DNA of 64,000 bases. It comes from Meiothermus sp. GTDB taxonomy: Bacteria; Deinococcota; Deinococci; Deinococcales; Thermaceae. Positions 9,501-16,732 of the stretch are shown one piece after another. Location: positions 1-64,000 of the forward strand of contig JANRLD010000026.1 of the NCBI GenBank assembly GCA_033762915.1. Direction: 5' to 3'. A program made the translations under genes and the position numbers. Under the pieces are notes generated by a model that was given only the letters and a program-made list of their open reading frames with translations, searched no databases and was not told the DNA's origin. How positions within the stretch are numbered: position 1 is the first letter of the stretch; the number at the start of each line of letters is the position of its first letter.

Positions 9501-9892
9501 TCCAGCCAGGGAATCAGCGCCCCCAGCCAGCGCTGTTTGTACTCAAACTTGGGTGAGTCCAGTGCCTCGCCGTTGGGTACGTAGAGGTTGACCACCCGGA
9601 TGCCGTTCACCGTCGCGGCGATGACCCGTTTCTGCTCGTCCTCGAAGCCCGGAATGCCCATCTGCACATCCTCGAGGGGGTGCTTGGACATAATCGCCAC
9701 CCCGTTGTAGGTGCGCTGGCCGGAGAACACCGCCTTGTAGCCGGCAGCCTCGAGATCGAGCAGCGGAAAAAAGCTGTCCTCGAGCTTGGTCTCCTGCAGG
9801 CACAATACGTCCGGCTGGTGGGTCTGTAGCCACTCGAGCACCTGCGCCAGCCGGACGTTGAGCGAGTTGACGTTCCAGGTCACGATCCGCAT
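6527..9892 (-). CDS. xth-polA: Exonuclease III (AP endonuclease) fused to DNA polymerase I (5' nuclease plus family A polymerase)
   Basis: One 1121-aa ORF. ExoIII motifs TWNVNS, LQETK, YVPNG, GDFN, RIDH, SDH. 5' nuclease motifs IDGHS, VFD, EADD, SSDRD, GDTSDNIPG. Polymerase motifs A DYSQIELR, B KAINYG and C VHDE. Confidence 0.93.
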   Translation of the reverse strand: MRIVTWNVNSLNVRLAQVLEWLQTHQPDVLCLQETKLEDSFFPLLDLEAAGYKAVFSGQRTYNGVAIMSKHPLEDVQMGIPGFEDEQKRVIAATVNGIRVVNLYVPNGEALDSPKFEYKQRWLGALIPWLDSVLKAHPKTVVLGDFNIAPEALDVWNPKRLMGDILCSPAERQLFQQLLGVGLKDSLRTLEPNARVFSWWDFRGGGFQKDQGLRIDHVLVSDALAPELRGAWVDRDARAVSRASDHAPVVCDLFELRTRHQPSEAPSAGEQGIPDAEEFVPPAGRTLPEGQRTRPTSTILIDGHSLAFRMYYGVPPVKAPDGTPVHAVLGFARALLEVYREAGGDPTRETLAPEGPAMLVVFDAPVATFRHQLYPDYKGGRDEIPADLPAQIRLIKRLVDAMGWVRLEVAEVEADDAIGTLAKHAEAAGIPSLIVSSDRDLFQLLSPLTKVRSKEGRPIGPEELRAQYGVTVEQWVDYRALTGDTSDNIPGAKGVGEKTAAGLLQKYGSLEGILAALQGPDLERPLRLVQASEASVRLSHELAKLKLDVETGVGLEEAATVVRSNEALGRLLDELGFKSLKRELHLGEAGAVPAAQVQAQTPAEPFEAFTGAVVGVANGEMVLLDGQQRTLRLTDLPALINAVEAKSIVRSALWEGHQAAVGDDPLLMAYVEDSRITSAEKLAQRFGKAWPADAEGRARLTRELLGQAKAAQTPAARKLYADIERPLATVLAQMEVEGVLLDQEYLAALAQDHKKKLAELEQRIQELAGRPFKVSSRNQLEALLFDELKLEAGRQTALTNKRSTDNETLNALMEAHPIVPLILEHREIAKLVGTYLEPLPRWVSPKTGRLHTTFDQTNAATGRLASLNPNLQNIPIRTELGRPIRGAFLAAPGYRLISADYSQIELRILAHISGDAALMQAFASGQDIHRITAARIAGIPLEQVTREQRSNAKAINYGLSYGLSVVGLAERTGLSRSEAGKFIRRYFEEYPGIQEYITQTKRFCKEHGYVEDIYGRRRYIPDIAAPAAAIRSRAENASINSPVQGSCASIIKAAMVQVAPLLRPLGAKLLLQVHDELLVEAAEDRVEEVSKILCDAMREAAQLKVPLEVEVGHGKNWLEAH

Positions 9893-9898
9893 AGGGGC

Positions 9899-9918
9899 AT
9901 TCTACGTTAAGAACATAA
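9899..9918 (-). promoter_or_regulatory. Leaderless -10 (TAGAAT, 6 nt before ATG) overlapped by a 17-bp RDRM-like palindrome TTATGTTCTTAACGTAG
   Basis: Read on the minus strand over 9918-9902; resembles the Deinococcus DdrO operator consensus. Confidence 0.7.
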
Positions 9919-9947
9919 GGCGCGGACGAGGCGCCCTCGTCCCCTGA

Positions 9948-10143
9948 GAGCGGTTCCCACACATACTCCCTACGGCGCTAAAGCGGGCGGTTTTTGCTGT
10001 AGAGCGGTTGCCACGAACACTTGGTATGGCGGTTTTTGCCGTACTGAGTGCACTACTCCGCAGCGTGGGCGGAGTAGTGGTGGGAAACACGATAGGGAGT
10101 AGATTACCTGCCGCCGTGAGGGAGGTAATGGTGGCAAACGCGA
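9948..10143 (+). mobile_element. MITE family A type II with a nested type III copy (10002-10092)
   Basis: Removing 10002-10094 restores the type II layout seen intact at 28165-28255; TA is duplicated at the junction. Confidence 0.8.
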
Positions 10144-10351
10144 TGAGTTGCGCCAGGGGCTGTGCGCGACCGGCGAACTCCGTAACTGCCTCCTCCCGCG
10201 TGGGTATTGCCGGATGGCCCGACCGCAGCGGGCGTATTGGGCTCGAGTTGGCGTAACCTGTAGCCATTCTTAAGCCGGGCGGCCCCAGGCTCAAGCCAAG
10301 TTTGCCGTGACACAATGCCGCTCACACCGGGCGGCGGCACTATAATGAGGT

Positions 10352-10573
10352 ATGCCCACAGTGATCCTGATCGTGGTGTTTCTGCTGGCCGTGGTGGCGC
10401 TGGTATTGTGGCTCGAGGTCAGAAAATCCCGGCCCAGACTGAACCGCCCGCGCAGTCGGGTGGGGCAGAACCCCTCGGTATTTGTGGACATGGACGACCA
10501 GCCCCCCACCGAGATCGATTTCGAAGCGGGCATTCGGGCCAACCGCAACCCTCGAACCAGCCACGCGGACTGA
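10352..10573 (+). CDS. Small membrane-anchored hypothetical protein (73 aa)
   Basis: Perfect TATAAT 5 nt before ATG; N-terminal hydrophobic helix followed by basic residues. Confidence 0.75.
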   Translation: MPTVILIVVFLLAVVALVLWLEVRKSRPRLNRPRSRVGQNPSVFVDMDDQPPTEIDFEAGIRANRNPRTSHAD

Positions 10574-10594
10574 CGTTCAAGGCGTTTGGTTGAA

Positions 10595-10628
10595 TGTAAC
10601 CTGAATGTAACCTTCCTTAATGTAAAGT
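10595..10628 (+). promoter_or_regulatory. Second TGTAACCTGAATGTAACCTT box followed by -10 TAAAGT
   Basis: Identical to 651-670 with the same spacing to the -10. Confidence 0.65.
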
Positions 10629-10634
10629 ACTCAC

Positions 10635-10734
10635 GTTGACCCACAGGTCAATCGGACCAATCGCTGCTGCCCCAGCGCTTGGGCTGAAGAAGCCGGAGCG
10701 ATACCCCTGCATCGCTCCGGTTTCGCTTTTTTTT
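10635..10734 (+). ncRNA. Candidate small RNA of about 100 nt (or an attenuated leader)
   Basis: Bounded by a predicted promoter and a strong intrinsic terminator (14-bp stem 10689-10724, T8 tract); no credible ORF fits inside. Confidence 0.4.
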
Positions 10735-10783
10735 GTTGATTTGGCCCTGACGGTGGGCCATTACCCTTCACAATGGAGGGTAG

Positions 10784-10903
10784 ATGGACACGCTGCTGAT
10801 CCTCATGTTGCTCTCGGTGGTGCTGCTCCCGGTCGGCTCCCTGCTGTTCCACGCCGTCCGCGACAACACCCCGCCCGAAGACGCCCTCGAGTGGTGGGAC
10901 TGA
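10784..10903 (+). CDS. 39-aa single-TM small protein MDTLLILMLLSVVLLPVGSLLFHAVRDNTPPEDALEWWD
   Basis: GGAGG RBS, GC3-rich codons and a terminator immediately downstream; below the ORF-track length cutoff. Confidence 0.7.
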   Translation: MDTLLILMLLSVVLLPVGSLLFHAVRDNTPPEDALEWWD

Positions 10904-10930
10904 AAAAGCCCCGCGACTGCGGGGCTTTTT
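10903..10930. terminator. Bidirectional intrinsic terminator
   Basis: AAAAAGCCCCGC-GACT-GCGGGGCTTTTT between convergent genes. Confidence 0.85.
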
Positions 10931-11005
10931 CAAGGGAAAGAGAGAAGAGGAAAGATAAGGCGACCCAGGGGGTGATTTCCCTTTCCTCTGGTCTCGCCCT
11001 TGCCT

Positions 11006-12526
11006 TTACTGCCTCAGCCAGGTGTACCGCAACGCCAAGTAGCTGGTGTTGGGGAAGTGCAGGAAGCCCTGTACCTTGCGGTTCATGGCCTCGTACTGAG
11101 CAGAGTGGAAGAGGAAGGCCATGGGGCTGTCGCGCAGCACGATCTCCTGCACCTGGGTGTAGATGCGCTGGCGCTCGGCCTGGCTGCTAACCCGCCGCCC
11201 GCGCTCGAGCAACTGCGCCACCTCGGGGTTGTTGTACTTGGAGAGGTTGAGGCTGCTGGAGGGGTGGAAGGTGTTGAAGAGGTAGTCGTCGGGGTCGGCC
11301 TGGCCGGAGGTACCCAGCAGGGTCACGTCGAACTCCGAGCGCAGCGCCTTGGGCAGGTAGACGTTCCAGTCCTCGGCCTGGATGTTGACGCGGATGCCCA
11401 CCTCGGCCAGGTTGTCGCGGATCACGTCGGCGGGGGTGCGCAGGAAGTCGTAGGTCGAGGTGACGTAGAGGTTCATGGTGAAGCCGTTGGGGAAACCGGC
11501 CTCGGTGAGGAGCTTCTTGGCCTCCGCGACGTTGCGGGTGTTGTAGGGGCTGTTGGTGAAGGCGTAGGCCCCCGAGGGGATGGTGGTCCCCCTCGAGACA
11601 ATCCCGCCGGTGCCGAACAGTGCCAGATCGACGACCGCCTTGCGGTCAATCGCCAGTGCGATGGCCTGGCGAACCTTGGGGTTGTTGTAGGGCTCCCGGG
11701 TGGTGTTGAAGTACAGCGCGCGGAAGTTGGCCGAGGGGCCGCCCACCACCTGCACGTTGCGGTCGGCCTTGAGCGGCCTCACGTCGGCGGCGGTGACGTA
11801 CTCGATCCAGTCCACCGCACCGGCCCGCAGGGCGGTCGAGCGGGCGGCGGGGTCGGGGTAGAAGGTGTAGGTGATGCCGTCGAGGTAGGGCAGCTTGTTG
11901 CCGGAGTTGTCTTTCTGCCAGTAGTTCTCCCACTTGCGCGTCACCAGGCGGGTTTGGGGGATGTACTCCACGAAGCGGAACGGCCCGGTTCCGATCACGG
12001 CCTTGTTGAGGTCGCCGCCGATGTCCTTGGTGACCTTCTCCGAGACGATCACGTTGGTGGAGAAAGCCAGCTTGGCCAGCAGCGGGCTAAAGGGCTGGGC
12101 CAGGGTCATCACCACGGTAGTGTTGTTGGGCACGGTGATCGAACGTACCACGGCGAAGTCGTTGGCGCGGGGGCTCTTGGTGGCGGGGTCCTTGATGCGG
12201 TTGATCGAGAAGGCCACGTCGGAGGCCTTGAGCGGCTCGCCGTTGTGGAAGGTTACGCCCGGGCGCAGCCGGAAGGTCCAGGTCAGGCCGTCGGAGGATG
12301 CGCTCCAGCTCTGGGCCAGCCCTGGCACGATGCGGCCCCGGCTGTCCAGCATCACCAGGGTGTCGTAGATGTTCTCGAGTATGTTGCGGCTTGCCGTTGC
12401 GTTGGTGGTGTGGGGGTCGAGCCCCACCGGGTCGGTCTGCATCCCTGCGCGCAGGATGCCGCCCGAGCGCTGGGCGAGCGCCCCCGCGAGCAGAGCTACA
12501 GCCACTAAGACCAGCAGTTTTTTCAT
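11006..12526 (-). CDS. Peptide/nickel ABC transporter substrate-binding protein (family 5)
   Basis: Signal peptide; LDPH, F.LR.GV.FHNG, IGTGPF and VRQAIALAIDR motifs; strong RBS. Confidence 0.93.
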   Translation of the reverse strand: MKKLLVLVAVALLAGALAQRSGGILRAGMQTDPVGLDPHTTNATASRNILENIYDTLVMLDSRGRIVPGLAQSWSASSDGLTWTFRLRPGVTFHNGEPLKASDVAFSINRIKDPATKSPRANDFAVVRSITVPNNTTVVMTLAQPFSPLLAKLAFSTNVIVSEKVTKDIGGDLNKAVIGTGPFRFVEYIPQTRLVTRKWENYWQKDNSGNKLPYLDGITYTFYPDPAARSTALRAGAVDWIEYVTAADVRPLKADRNVQVVGGPSANFRALYFNTTREPYNNPKVRQAIALAIDRKAVVDLALFGTGGIVSRGTTIPSGAYAFTNSPYNTRNVAEAKKLLTEAGFPNGFTMNLYVTSTYDFLRTPADVIRDNLAEVGIRVNIQAEDWNVYLPKALRSEFDVTLLGTSGQADPDDYLFNTFHPSSSLNLSKYNNPEVAQLLERGRRVSSQAERQRIYTQVQEIVLRDSPMAFLFHSAQYEAMNRKVQGFLHFPNTSYLALRYTWLRQ

Positions 12527-12803
12527 TGCCTCCTCCTTGTTGAGCAGAGAATTATATCGTGTTCAGCGAAAAAAACTCCACCCCACGGCGGACTCTGTTT
12601 GTTGGACTGAGTTCAAAGAGAGTCAAGGGGCGAGCAGGTTGGGTGTAGATGGTGGCGGCCCCCCGAGCCGTGGGGCCTACTTTGGTCTTTGCGCCGGGCT
12701 CCAGTGCAAATTCCTCCGCCGGCTGGTGTGGGGTCGGTTATGTTAAGGGTCTCAAGTTATGGCGCCGGAGTAGGTAGGGATTTCCAGTGCGGGTGGAGAA
12801 ACT

Positions 12804-14369
12804 ATGAACCAGTTCGTTCGTTTGGTCACACGGTTTTTGGCGATCTCGGCGGTGCTAGGCCTGATGGCGGCTCAGGCCCAGACCCTGCCCCGCGAGGTGC
12901 GCGAGCGGATCATCGCGGCCACGGTCATCATCGTGGCGGGCGACAGCCTAGGCTCGGGCACCCTGATCAGCCCGCAGGGCTTCATCCTCACCAACTACCA
13001 CGTCATCGGCGACATCGCCACCCGCAAGGTCGCACCCCGGCTGCTGGTGGGCACCATCCGCTTTGTGGACCAGCCGCCCGAGCTGCGCTACTTGGCCGAG
13101 GTGGTGGTGGCCGATCCCAACCTCGATCTGGCCGTGATCCGCATTACCCGCAACTCGAGCGGCCAGCCGGTATCCGGGCTCAGCCTGCCCGCTATGCCCA
13201 TCGGCGACTCCAACCAGCTCACCATCGGCGATCCAATCTTCGTCTTTGGTTTCCAGGGCACCGGCGGCTACACCCTGACCTTCTCGAGGGGCGCCGTGGG
13301 GGGCTTCACCGGCGAGGACAAGGAGTCTGGCGGCAAGCAGTGGATCAAGCACGACGCCCAGACCGGCCCCGGCAACTCTGGCGGGGGGGTCTACAACCAG
13401 GACGGTGAGCTGGTCGGCGTCCACAGCGCGGGCGTCTCCGGCGCCAACAACTCGCGCACCGCCTTCATGCGCCCGGTCTCGCTGGCCTGGGGGCTGGTCG
13501 GCCCTAACGTTGCGGGCCTGGTGGGCCGGGCGGGCGGGGCCACCACCGCGAACACCGGCACTAATGCCGCTACCAACGCCGGCACGAACACCGGTATGAA
13601 CGCCGCCGTGAACGCGGGCACCGCCTGGCCCCCGACTGTGGCGGCGGGTCAGACCTGGCAGGTGGCGGTACAGGGCGGGCAGTGGACGGGCAACTGGTCG
13701 GTGGCCTTCAGCGGCAAGGACGGCGACGGCGACTGGGTGGGGACGGCCTCGACCGGCGGGCGAAGGGTCGAGGCGGTGCTGTTCCAGCGCGACAACATCC
13801 TGCGCCTTAACCTCGGCGGCGACTACCCCATCGCCCGCTGCCGCTTCGACCCCCAGAACGGGGCCACCCTCGAGGGCAAGCTTTTCCTCTTCAGGAGTGC
13901 CAACGCCGACTCTGAGGAGATCGGCACCTGCACCGCTGTCCCCAGGGGCGCGGCGGCCTCCAACCCCGCATCGTCCAACACCGCCGCCGTAAATGCCGCC
14001 TGGCCGCCCCGGCTGGCGGTCGGGCAGCGATGGCAACTGAGTGTAAAGGGCGACAACCTCAACGACGGGGGCACTGTCGCGCTCACCGCCCTCGACTCCG
14101 ACGGCGACCCCAAAGGCAGCATCACCTTCGGCAACAATTACCAGATGACCGCCTTCTTCTACTTTGGCAAGAGCAGCGGCGCGGTGCTGCTGGACTTGAC
14201 CGAGGCCAGCGGTCAGAACAGCTTCGTGCAGTGGCTGCGCTGCCGCTTCGACAACCAGGCCTTCTCTGGCACCCTCCAGGGCAAGTTCCAGAGCTTCTCC
14301 ACCGATAAGGACAACAACATCAAAGACCTCAAGGACATCGGCACCTGCACGGTGACGCTGGGGCGTTAG
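12804..14369 (+). CDS. Secreted trypsin-like serine protease with two tandem C-terminal beta-rich domains
   Basis: Signal peptide; catalytic triad in TNYHV, DLAVI and GNSGG; duplicated AWPP..GQ.WQ...CRFD...IGTCT domain. Confidence 0.88.
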   Translation: MNQFVRLVTRFLAISAVLGLMAAQAQTLPREVRERIIAATVIIVAGDSLGSGTLISPQGFILTNYHVIGDIATRKVAPRLLVGTIRFVDQPPELRYLAEVVVADPNLDLAVIRITRNSSGQPVSGLSLPAMPIGDSNQLTIGDPIFVFGFQGTGGYTLTFSRGAVGGFTGEDKESGGKQWIKHDAQTGPGNSGGGVYNQDGELVGVHSAGVSGANNSRTAFMRPVSLAWGLVGPNVAGLVGRAGGATTANTGTNAATNAGTNTGMNAAVNAGTAWPPTVAAGQTWQVAVQGGQWTGNWSVAFSGKDGDGDWVGTASTGGRRVEAVLFQRDNILRLNLGGDYPIARCRFDPQNGATLEGKLFLFRSANADSEEIGTCTAVPRGAAASNPASSNTAAVNAAWPPRLAVGQRWQLSVKGDNLNDGGTVALTALDSDGDPKGSITFGNNYQMTAFFYFGKSSGAVLLDLTEASGQNSFVQWLRCRFDNQAFSGTLQGKFQSFSTDKDNNIKDLKDIGTCTVTLGR

Positions 14370-14550
14370 AGCGCAGGGGGGTAGGGTCGGGTAAAGGCAG
14401 TTCAGAGGTGACCCCGCAACTCCGGGTCGCCTCTGGTTTGGAACCAGGCGGCTTTCGGCCCCCTTACTTTAGGGGAGGTGAAGGTCAGGGAGGGAGCCAG
14501 GGTCAAAGGCCCTCGCTGCGCCGTTGAACTGTGGGAAAGCGGCCGGACGG

Positions 14551-15405
14551 CTACCTCTGCCTCAGCCGTGGGTCGAAGGCGTCGCGCAGCCCGTCGCCCA
14601 GGAGGTTGAAGCCCAGCACCATCAGCACGATGGCGGTTCCGGGGACGATGGAGCCCCAGGGCGAGAGCGAGAGGAAGGAGCGGCCATCCGAGACCATCGA
14701 GCCCAGGGCCGGGAAAGGCGGCTGGATGCCCAGCCCCAGGAAGGACAGCGCGGCCTCGGCCAGCACCGCGTAGGCGAAGCGCAGCGTGACCTCGACGATC
14801 AGGGGCGCGACGGCGTTGGGCAGGATGGTCTGGAAGATCATGCGGAAGTCCGAGGCCCCCATCGCCCGGCCGGCCTCGACGTACAACTCCTCGCGTACGG
14901 TCATGACTGCGGCCCTAGCCACCCGAATGAACGGCCCCACGAAGACCACCGAGATGGCCAACACCAGGTTCACAAACCCGCCGCCCAGGAAGGCCAGGAA
15001 CGCGATGGCCAGCAGGATGGCGGGGAAGGCGATCAGGATGTCGGCGATGCGGGAGACCGCCAGGTCGAACCAGCCCCGGTAGTAGCCCGCCAGCAGCCCC
15101 AGCGTCCCCCCCACCGCCAGCCCCATCAGCACAGCGGTGGCGGCCACGCCCAGCGAGAAGCGGGCCCCGTAGAGCACCCTCGAGAGCAAGTCCCGCCCGT
15201 ACTGGTCGGTTCCAGCCCAGTGCTCGAGCGAAGGCCCCGTGAGCCGGTCGGGCGGGTCGAACCTGAGCGGGTCGTACGGCGCGATCACCGGAGCACCGAG
15301 GGCGCAAACCAGCACAACCAAGGTGATGACCCCCCCGATCACCGCGGAGCGGTTGGAGAGGAGGGACTTAAGGATGAGGCGGTTGGTAGATTGGGCCTTG
15401 GTCAT
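14551..15405 (-). CDS. Peptide ABC transporter permease (DppC/OppC-like)
   Basis: GTDQYGRD..SR..YGAR, EAA loop and EAALSFLGLG motifs. Confidence 0.93.
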   Translation of the reverse strand: MTKAQSTNRLILKSLLSNRSAVIGGVITLVVLVCALGAPVIAPYDPLRFDPPDRLTGPSLEHWAGTDQYGRDLLSRVLYGARFSLGVAATAVLMGLAVGGTLGLLAGYYRGWFDLAVSRIADILIAFPAILLAIAFLAFLGGGFVNLVLAISVVFVGPFIRVARAAVMTVREELYVEAGRAMGASDFRMIFQTILPNAVAPLIVEVTLRFAYAVLAEAALSFLGLGIQPPFPALGSMVSDGRSFLSLSPWGSIVPGTAIVLMVLGFNLLGDGLRDAFDPRLRQR

Positions 15406-15564
15406 CGGAACCTCAGGAGAAGGGGCGAGTCCCCCACCGCTTCGCGGAGTCCCCTTGATAAGGGGGCCAAATGACGTGCATCAACCCCTCGGGAGTGCCT
15501 ATGGGCCTGGGTTGCTCCCCAAGCGCTTGCGCCAAACAAGGGGCGTATGGAGGATTGCTGCTCG

Positions 15565-16515
15565 CTACTCATAGCGAATCCTCGGGTCAATCAGCGAGTA
15601 CATCACGTCCACGATCAGGTTCACCAGCACCGCTGCCGCCGCCACGAACAGCACCGTGCCCTGCACCACCGGGTAGTCGCGCAAGTTTATGCCCTCGAGG
15701 GCGAACCGCCCCACCCCCGGCAGACTAAACACCTGCTCGATGATGACCGCGCCGCCCAGCAGGCTGCCGAACTGTATGCCGATTACGGTGAGCACCGGGA
15801 TCAGGGCGTTGCGGAGGGCGTGTCGGTAGATCACCACCCGCTCGCCCAGGCCCTTGGCCCGGGCGGTGCGGATGTAGTCGCGGCCCAGCACCTCGAGCAT
15901 CGAGCTGCGCAGGATGCGCGTCACCGCACCCGCCAGAATCAAGCCCAGCGAGAGGGCCGGCAGAATCATGTGCTTGAAGTTTTCGGCTGGGTTCTCGGCG
16001 AAGGGGATGAAGCCGGCCGGGGGCAGCCAGCCCAGCCAGAGGGCAAACACCAGGATCAGGATCAGGGCTAGGAAGAAGCCAGGCACGCTCAGCCCCAGGA
16101 TGGCGAAGAGCGAGGCGAAGTAGTCCACGAAGCCGCCCCGCCGCGTCGCTGCCAGCACCCCCAGCGGCACGGCGATCAGCAGCGCCGTGAGCAGGCCCAT
16201 CAGGGTGAGCTGGAGCGTGACCGGGAAGCGCAGGGCCAGGTCACCGGCCACCTCGCGCCCGGTGCGCAGCGAGGAGCCGAAGTCGCCCTGCACCACCGCC
16301 CCCAGCCACTGCCCGAACTGCACGTGCAGCGGGGTGTCGAGGCCGAACAGACGGCGCAGCTCGGCCATGCGCTCGGGGGTGACGTTGGCCTCGAGGCCCA
16401 CCAACTGCGTCACCACGTCTCCAGGCACGGCCCGCATCAGCAGGAAGGTGATGAGCGCCACGCCCAGCAGGGTGGGGAGGGCGGCCAGCAGGCGGTTGAC
16501 GACGTAGCTGAGCAT
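15565..16515 (-). CDS. Peptide ABC transporter permease (DppB/OppB-like)
   Basis: GDFGSS, DYIRTARAKGL, HALRNALIP and DPRIR motifs. Confidence 0.93.
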   Translation of the reverse strand: MLSYVVNRLLAALPTLLGVALITFLLMRAVPGDVVTQLVGLEANVTPERMAELRRLFGLDTPLHVQFGQWLGAVVQGDFGSSLRTGREVAGDLALRFPVTLQLTLMGLLTALLIAVPLGVLAATRRGGFVDYFASLFAILGLSVPGFFLALILILVFALWLGWLPPAGFIPFAENPAENFKHMILPALSLGLILAGAVTRILRSSMLEVLGRDYIRTARAKGLGERVVIYRHALRNALIPVLTVIGIQFGSLLGGAVIIEQVFSLPGVGRFALEGINLRDYPVVQGTVLFVAAAAVLVNLIVDVMYSLIDPRIRYE

Positions 16516-16568
16516 GGGGAGGTTTTACACCATGCGCGGGGTTTATGACAGTAGGGGGAGGGAAGTAA

Positions 16569-16672
16569 CAGCGGTTCCCACCATTATGCCTCACGCGGTG
16601 ATGCGCTGAAGCGGGCGTAATGTACCCTGCACATCCGAGTCTCTGCGTGTGTGGTATTCGTGGGAACCGCTA
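16569..16672 (-). mobile_element. MITE family A type I with one 12-nt module (104 bp)
   Basis: Reverse complement of 1473-1564 plus CTGAAGCGGGCG at 16606-16617. Confidence 0.8.
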
Positions 16673-16732
16673 TAAGGAGGGAGGAGAAGGCGGGGCCGGG
16701 GTCGAAGCCGATCCCCCGGAGGCGCTGGGCCT

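Noticed and set aside
9948..10143. CRISPR array (GTTCCCAC / GTGGG resemble some CRISPR repeats)
   Set aside because: Copies are dispersed inverted-ended units rather than direct repeats with unique spacers, and there are no cas genes.
10635..10903. Type I toxin-antitoxin pair
   Set aside because: The candidate RNA is on the same strand, I saw no complementarity to the peptide mRNA, and the peptide tail is acidic.
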